Assembly (NCBI GenBank): GCA_035762005.1
Contig: DASTQA010000051.1
Location: 633-64,632 of the forward strand
Origin: Gaiellaceae bacterium
Lineage (GTDB): Bacteria; Actinomycetota; Thermoleophilia; Gaiellales; Gaiellaceae
Direction: 5' to 3'
DNA length: 64,000 bases
Program-made: the position numbers and the translations under genes
The notes under the pieces: model-generated
What the model saw: only the letters and a program-made list of their open reading frames with translations
What the model was told of the DNA's origin: nothing
Database searches by the model: none
In this document: positions 60,658 through 64,000 of the stretch, piece by piece
Numbering within the stretch: position 1 is the stretch's first letter
How the letters are laid out: every line of letters starts with the position of its first letter

Positions 60658-61352
60658 GTGACGCCGGTCCTCGACCCGGAGGGCGCGCATCTCGCCTCGC
60701 TGCGGCGACTGGCTCGCTTCGAGGGCGCCTCCGTGCTCGAGGTCGGCTGCGGCGACGGCCGGCTGACGGGGGGCATCGCCGAGGAGGCGGCGTCCGTCCT
60801 CGCCTTCGACCCCGACGGCGACGCGGTCGCGGCGGCCCGGGCGGGGCTGCGGGCTGAGCTCGCCGGGCGCGTGACCTTCCGTGTCGGCGCCGCGTCGGAG
60901 ATCGAGATCCCGCGCTCGGAGTTCGACTTCGTCGTCTTCTCCTGGTCGCTCTGATGAATGGCGCCCGAGGACGTCGTGCACGTCCTGCGCCGCTCCAGGG
61001 AGGCGCTCGTCCCCGCGGGGACGATCCTCGACCTGCAGGTGATCGGCCCGACCCGGTCGTCGAGGCCGACGGCGGCGTCCTCTGCGAGATCGACGGCGCC
61101 CCGCTCTTCGCCACCGCCGACTCGGCGGTCGCAGCCGTCGACGCGCTCGTGGCGGAGGGGCTCCTCGTCGAGGAGGCCGTCAACGACCACGACGTGCGCA
61201 AGCACTACTCGTCCGGTCCCGAGCTCGTCCGCGACCTCGCCCCCAAGGCGCGGAGCCTCCCCGCCGAGGCGATCCCCCTCCTCGAGTCCCTCGAGCGCGA
61301 GTGCGTCGTGCGGGAGCGCTGCCGCCTGCGGCGGCTGCGGCGCGTCGGCTAG
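60658..61352 (+). pseudogene. class I SAM-methyltransferase, disrupted (tandem in-frame TGA TGA plus a frameshift)
   Basis: VLEVGCGDGRL...FDFVVFSWSL-TGA-TGA-MAPEDVVHVLRRSREALVPAGTILDL in one frame. Credible sequence then continues in another frame (DPVVEADGGVLCEIDGAPLF...), switching near 61040-61050. Confidence 0.6.
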
Positions 61353-61636
61353 CCGCTGTTCGGGTCGACGACCTCGGCGGTGTCGCCGTCGGGGTCGCCG
61401 GCAAGGCCGCCGTCCTCCACCCGCCGGAACTCGTCGACGTGCGCGCGCGAGGGCGCGACGAGGAAGGTGACGTGCCGGCGGGGCGTCGCCGACGGGTCCG
61501 CCGTCGCGGCCGTGAGCGAGAAGCCGCCCCTACTGCCGGAGCGGTCCCCGGCGCGCGTCCGCCCGCGCCGAGCGAGGGCAGCACCGTCGCCCAGGGAGCG
61601 ACCACGCCTGGGTTGCTCACATCGACATCTATCGTT

Positions 61637-61993
61637 ATGATGCTCGTCGATATGAACACCCTCGACCCCGTTGCCTGCTGCCGGCCGCTCGCGGCGCCCT
61701 CGCTCACGGACTCCGAGGCCGAGGCGACCGCGGCGCTCTTCAAGGCGCTCGGCGACCCGGCCCGGGTCCGGATCCTGAACCTGCTCGCGACGAGCGAGGA
61801 GCCCGTCTGCGCGTGCGAGTTCATCCCCGCCCTCGGCCTCTCGCAGGCGACGGTCAGCCACCACCTGAAGAGGCTGACCGACGCCGGGCTGCTCGAGCGC
61901 GAGCAGCGCGGGAAGTGGGCCTTCTTCTCCATCGACCCGGAGGCCTCGGCGCGGCTCGCCGACCTCGTCCAGATCCCGGAGGTTTCACGATGA
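61637..61993 (+). CDS. arsR: ArsR/SmtB family metalloregulator
   Basis: LFKALGDPARVRILNLL...CACEF...LSQATVSHHLKRL. Alternative starts at 61640 and 61652. Confidence 0.85.
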   Translation: MMLVDMNTLDPVACCRPLAAPSLTDSEAEATAALFKALGDPARVRILNLLATSEEPVCACEFIPALGLSQATVSHHLKRLTDAGLLEREQRGKWAFFSIDPEASARLADLVQIPEVSR

Positions 61994-62811
61994 GCACCGA
62001 CACTGCCGACACCCTGCGCGAGGCTGTCCGCCGCCGCTACGCCGAGGCCGCCCAGGAGGTCGCCCAGGGCACGGGCGTCGGCTGCGGCAGCGGGTCCTGC
62101 TGCGCCGAGAGCGCGAGCGCCGACTTCGGCGAGTCCCTCTACTCGAGCGAGCAGCGGGGCGAGCTCCCCGACCCCGCCGCGCTGGCGAGCCTCGGCTGCG
62201 GCAACCCGACCGCGGTCGCCGACCTCCACGAGGGCGAGGTGGTGCTCGACCTCGGCTCCGGCGGAGGCATCGACGTCATCCTCTCCGCCCGCCGGGTGGG
62301 GCCGACCGGGACCGTGTACGGGCTCGACATGACCGACGAGATGCTCGCCCTCGCCCGCCGGAACGCGCAGGAGGCCGGCGTGACGAACGTCCACTTCCTC
62401 AAGGGCGTGATCGAGGCAGTGCCGCTGCCGGCGGACGCGGTGGACGTCGTCATCTCGAACTGCGTCGTCAACCTCTCGGTCGACAAGGCGGCCGTGCTCG
62501 CGGAGGTCGCGCGGGTGCTGAGGCCGGGCGGGCGGCTCGGGATCAGCGACGTCGTCGCCGAGGACCGGCTCTCGCCCGCGGAGCGGGCCGAGCGCGGCGA
62601 CTTCGTCGGCTGCATCGCCGGCGCTCTCTCGCGGGGCGAGTACGAGGCCGGCCTCGAGGCGGCGGGCTTCGAGGACGTCTCCGTCGAGTTCACGCACGAG
62701 GTCGCCGACGGCATGCACGGGGCGGTCGTCAGCGGGCGGAAGGCCGCCGCGGCGGCCGGTGCGGCGCCGCGCGCGCTGCCGCTCGCCCGGCCCGGCGTCG
62801 GCTGCTGCTGA
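61990..62811 (+). CDS. arsM: arsenite S-adenosylmethionine methyltransferase
   Basis: ATG overlaps the arsR stop. Conserved Cys sites GSGSCC, LGCGNP and VGCIAGAL. SAM motif VLDLGSGGG. Confidence 0.85.
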   Translation: MSTDTADTLREAVRRRYAEAAQEVAQGTGVGCGSGSCCAESASADFGESLYSSEQRGELPDPAALASLGCGNPTAVADLHEGEVVLDLGSGGGIDVILSARRVGPTGTVYGLDMTDEMLALARRNAQEAGVTNVHFLKGVIEAVPLPADAVDVVISNCVVNLSVDKAAVLAEVARVLRPGGRLGISDVVAEDRLSPAERAERGDFVGCIAGALSRGEYEAGLEAAGFEDVSVEFTHEVADGMHGAVVSGRKAAAAAGAAPRALPLARPGVGCC

Positions 62812-62880
62812 GCCCTCGGCGGCTCACGCCGTCCGGCGCGGTGTCGTAGGCTGGAGGACACTCCCGAGGAAAGGACGGGC

Positions 62881-63321
62881 ATGGCCGAGGAGATCCCGAT
62901 CGCAGGAGCCGGGTCGACGGCGAAGGTCCGCAACATCGTCGGGGTCGCCGTCCTCACGGTCGTCACCCTCGGCATCTACCTCGTCTTCTGGTGGTACTTC
63001 ATCAACCGGGAGCTCGCCGACTACGGGCGCGCGCAGGGCACCGACGAGCTCGGCGACAGCCCGGCCACCTCCACCCTCGCGCTCTTCCCGGGCGCCCTCT
63101 TGATCGTCCCGGCGATCTGGACGACCGTGACGACGTTCAAGCGCGTCCAGGCCGCCCAGCGCCTCACGGGCGAGACGCCGCTCAACGGGTGGATCGGGCT
63201 CGTCCTCTACGTCGTCCTCTCGCCGGCGATGTACGCCTACATGCAGAGCGGGCTCAACGGGGTGTGGAAGGCACAGGCCGCGCCCGGCGGCTCGGAGCCC
63301 GCGGCGGCGCAGGCCGTGTGA
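62881..63321 (+). CDS. DUF4234-like membrane protein
   Basis: 146 aa. LTVVTLGIYLVFWWYFINRELADYG motif region. 3-4 TM helices. Confidence 0.6.
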   Translation: MAEEIPIAGAGSTAKVRNIVGVAVLTVVTLGIYLVFWWYFINRELADYGRAQGTDELGDSPATSTLALFPGALLIVPAIWTTVTTFKRVQAAQRLTGETPLNGWIGLVLYVVLSPAMYAYMQSGLNGVWKAQAAPGGSEPAAAQAV

Positions 63322-63698
63322 AGGGCGTCGGCCTCCGGCTGGCGCTCGCGCTCGGTGCGACCGCGGCAGCGCTCGCCATCGCCGCAGCCTTGCTCGACGG
63401 GTTCACCGTCACCGGCCTCTCGTTCGTGGTCGCCGTCGTCGTCTTCAGCGCCGTCGGGCTCGTCACCGAGCCGCTCGTCTCCACGCTGCTCGAGCGGCAC
63501 GCGCGGGCAGTGGCGGGCCTCGCCTCCCTGGCCGTGACCTTCGTGACGCTGCTCGTCACCGACCTCGTCTCGGACGGGATCGAGGTCGAGGGCGCCCTCG
63601 CCTGGATCCTCGGAACCGTCGTCGTCTGGCTGGCCCTGCTCGCCTTCCAAGCCGTCTCGGGCGTCTACCTGAGACGGCGGCTCGGCGCGGAGCGCTAG
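63318..63698 (+). CDS. small 4-TM membrane protein (phage-holin-4-like family)
   Basis: The GTG start overlaps the upstream stop (GTGTGA). 126 aa with four hydrophobic helices. Confidence 0.5.
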   Translation: MKGVGLRLALALGATAAALAIAAALLDGFTVTGLSFVVAVVVFSAVGLVTEPLVSTLLERHARAVAGLASLAVTFVTLLVTDLVSDGIEVEGALAWILGTVVVWLALLAFQAVSGVYLRRRLGAER

Positions 63699-64000
63699 AC
63701 CTCCGTCCGCTCCTCGCGGCGGACTGCCGAGTCGAGGACCTCCCGGACCTCCGAGGGCGCCCGGAGCGCCTTGAATTCCAGCGCGCCGCCCTCCGAGCCG
63801 GCCGTGTCGATCTCGAGCGTGCCGACGCCGAAGAGGCGGTCGAAGACGGATTGCCGGAGCAGGAGGTCCTGGACGCGCTCGAGACGGGCCGTCTGCTCGT
63901 TCACGGTGATGAGGCCGTGCCGGACGAAGACCCGGCGGTCGGTGATCGTGTACTTCCAGCGGATCGTCTCGAGGAGCCCCCAGGCGACCGTGACCGCCGC
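63695..64000 (-). CDS. bacterial PH-domain (bPH_2/YdbT-like) protein, 5' end outside the window
   Basis: The frame is open to the window edge: ...WKYTITDRRVFVRHGLITVNEQTARLERVQDLLLRQSVFDRLFGVGTLEIDTAG. Confidence 0.7.
   Translation of the reverse strand, partial: AAVTVAWGLLETIRWKYTITDRRVFVRHGLITVNEQTARLERVQDLLLRQSVFDRLFGVGTLEIDTAGSEGGALEFKALRAPSEVREVLDSAVRREERTEV

Noticed and set aside
56528-60957. Genome-wide TGA reassignment (genetic code 4 or 25) as an explanation for the in-frame TGAs at 56528 and 60952-60957.
   Set aside because: TGA is the evident terminator of many well-supported genes here, including gltB, pilT-1, pilN, the ABC permease, arsR and the ECF sigma factor. The protein ends match family expectations.

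Overview
High-GC (about 70% or more by eye) bacterial chromosomal segment. Gene content points to a monoderm Actinomycetota-like organism: nucS, thyX, a secretin-less type IV pilus, and many GTG or overlapping starts. Most long ORFs in the six-frame track are Arg/Ala/Pro/Gly-rich antisense shadows. About 65 genes look real.

Content, in order:
- 1-9 kb: two class III nucleotidyl-cyclase fusion proteins and gltB.
- 9-17 kb: a secreted M14 carboxypeptidase, an amino-acid ABC transporter and a secreted HExxH protease.
- 17-28 kb: thyX, an ECF sigma/anti-sigma pair, an SDR, an SOD-family protein, plsY, folE2, an HD-GYP protein, an Fpg/Nei glycosylase, an asparaginase-II-like protein and rpoD.
- 28-32 kb: a GT-C glycosyltransferase, a CDF transporter and tRNA-Tyr.
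- 32.4-50.9 kb: a dispersed type IV pilus locus (pilT x2, pilD, pilB, pilA, pilMNO, pilC, minor pilins, a peptidoglycan-hydrolase fusion), interrupted by nucS.
- 52.8-56.3 kb: a copper cluster.
- 56.3-62.8 kb: a sulfur/arsenic cluster.

No rRNA, CRISPR array, transposase or integrase was seen.

Main leads:
1. An ArsM-like methyltransferase has an in-frame TGA exactly at a conserved Cys column, followed by a SECIS-like hairpin.
2. Sigma-28-type GCCGATA -10 boxes sit 7-17 nt upstream of most pilus transcription units and of the HD-GYP gene.
3. Several structural oddities: an ATT-start fpg, direct repeats flanking single genes, a CDF with three C-terminal domains, and a multicopper oxidase with inserted metal-binding modules.

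Internal start coordinates were derived by hand from the ORF track and may be off by a codon or so.
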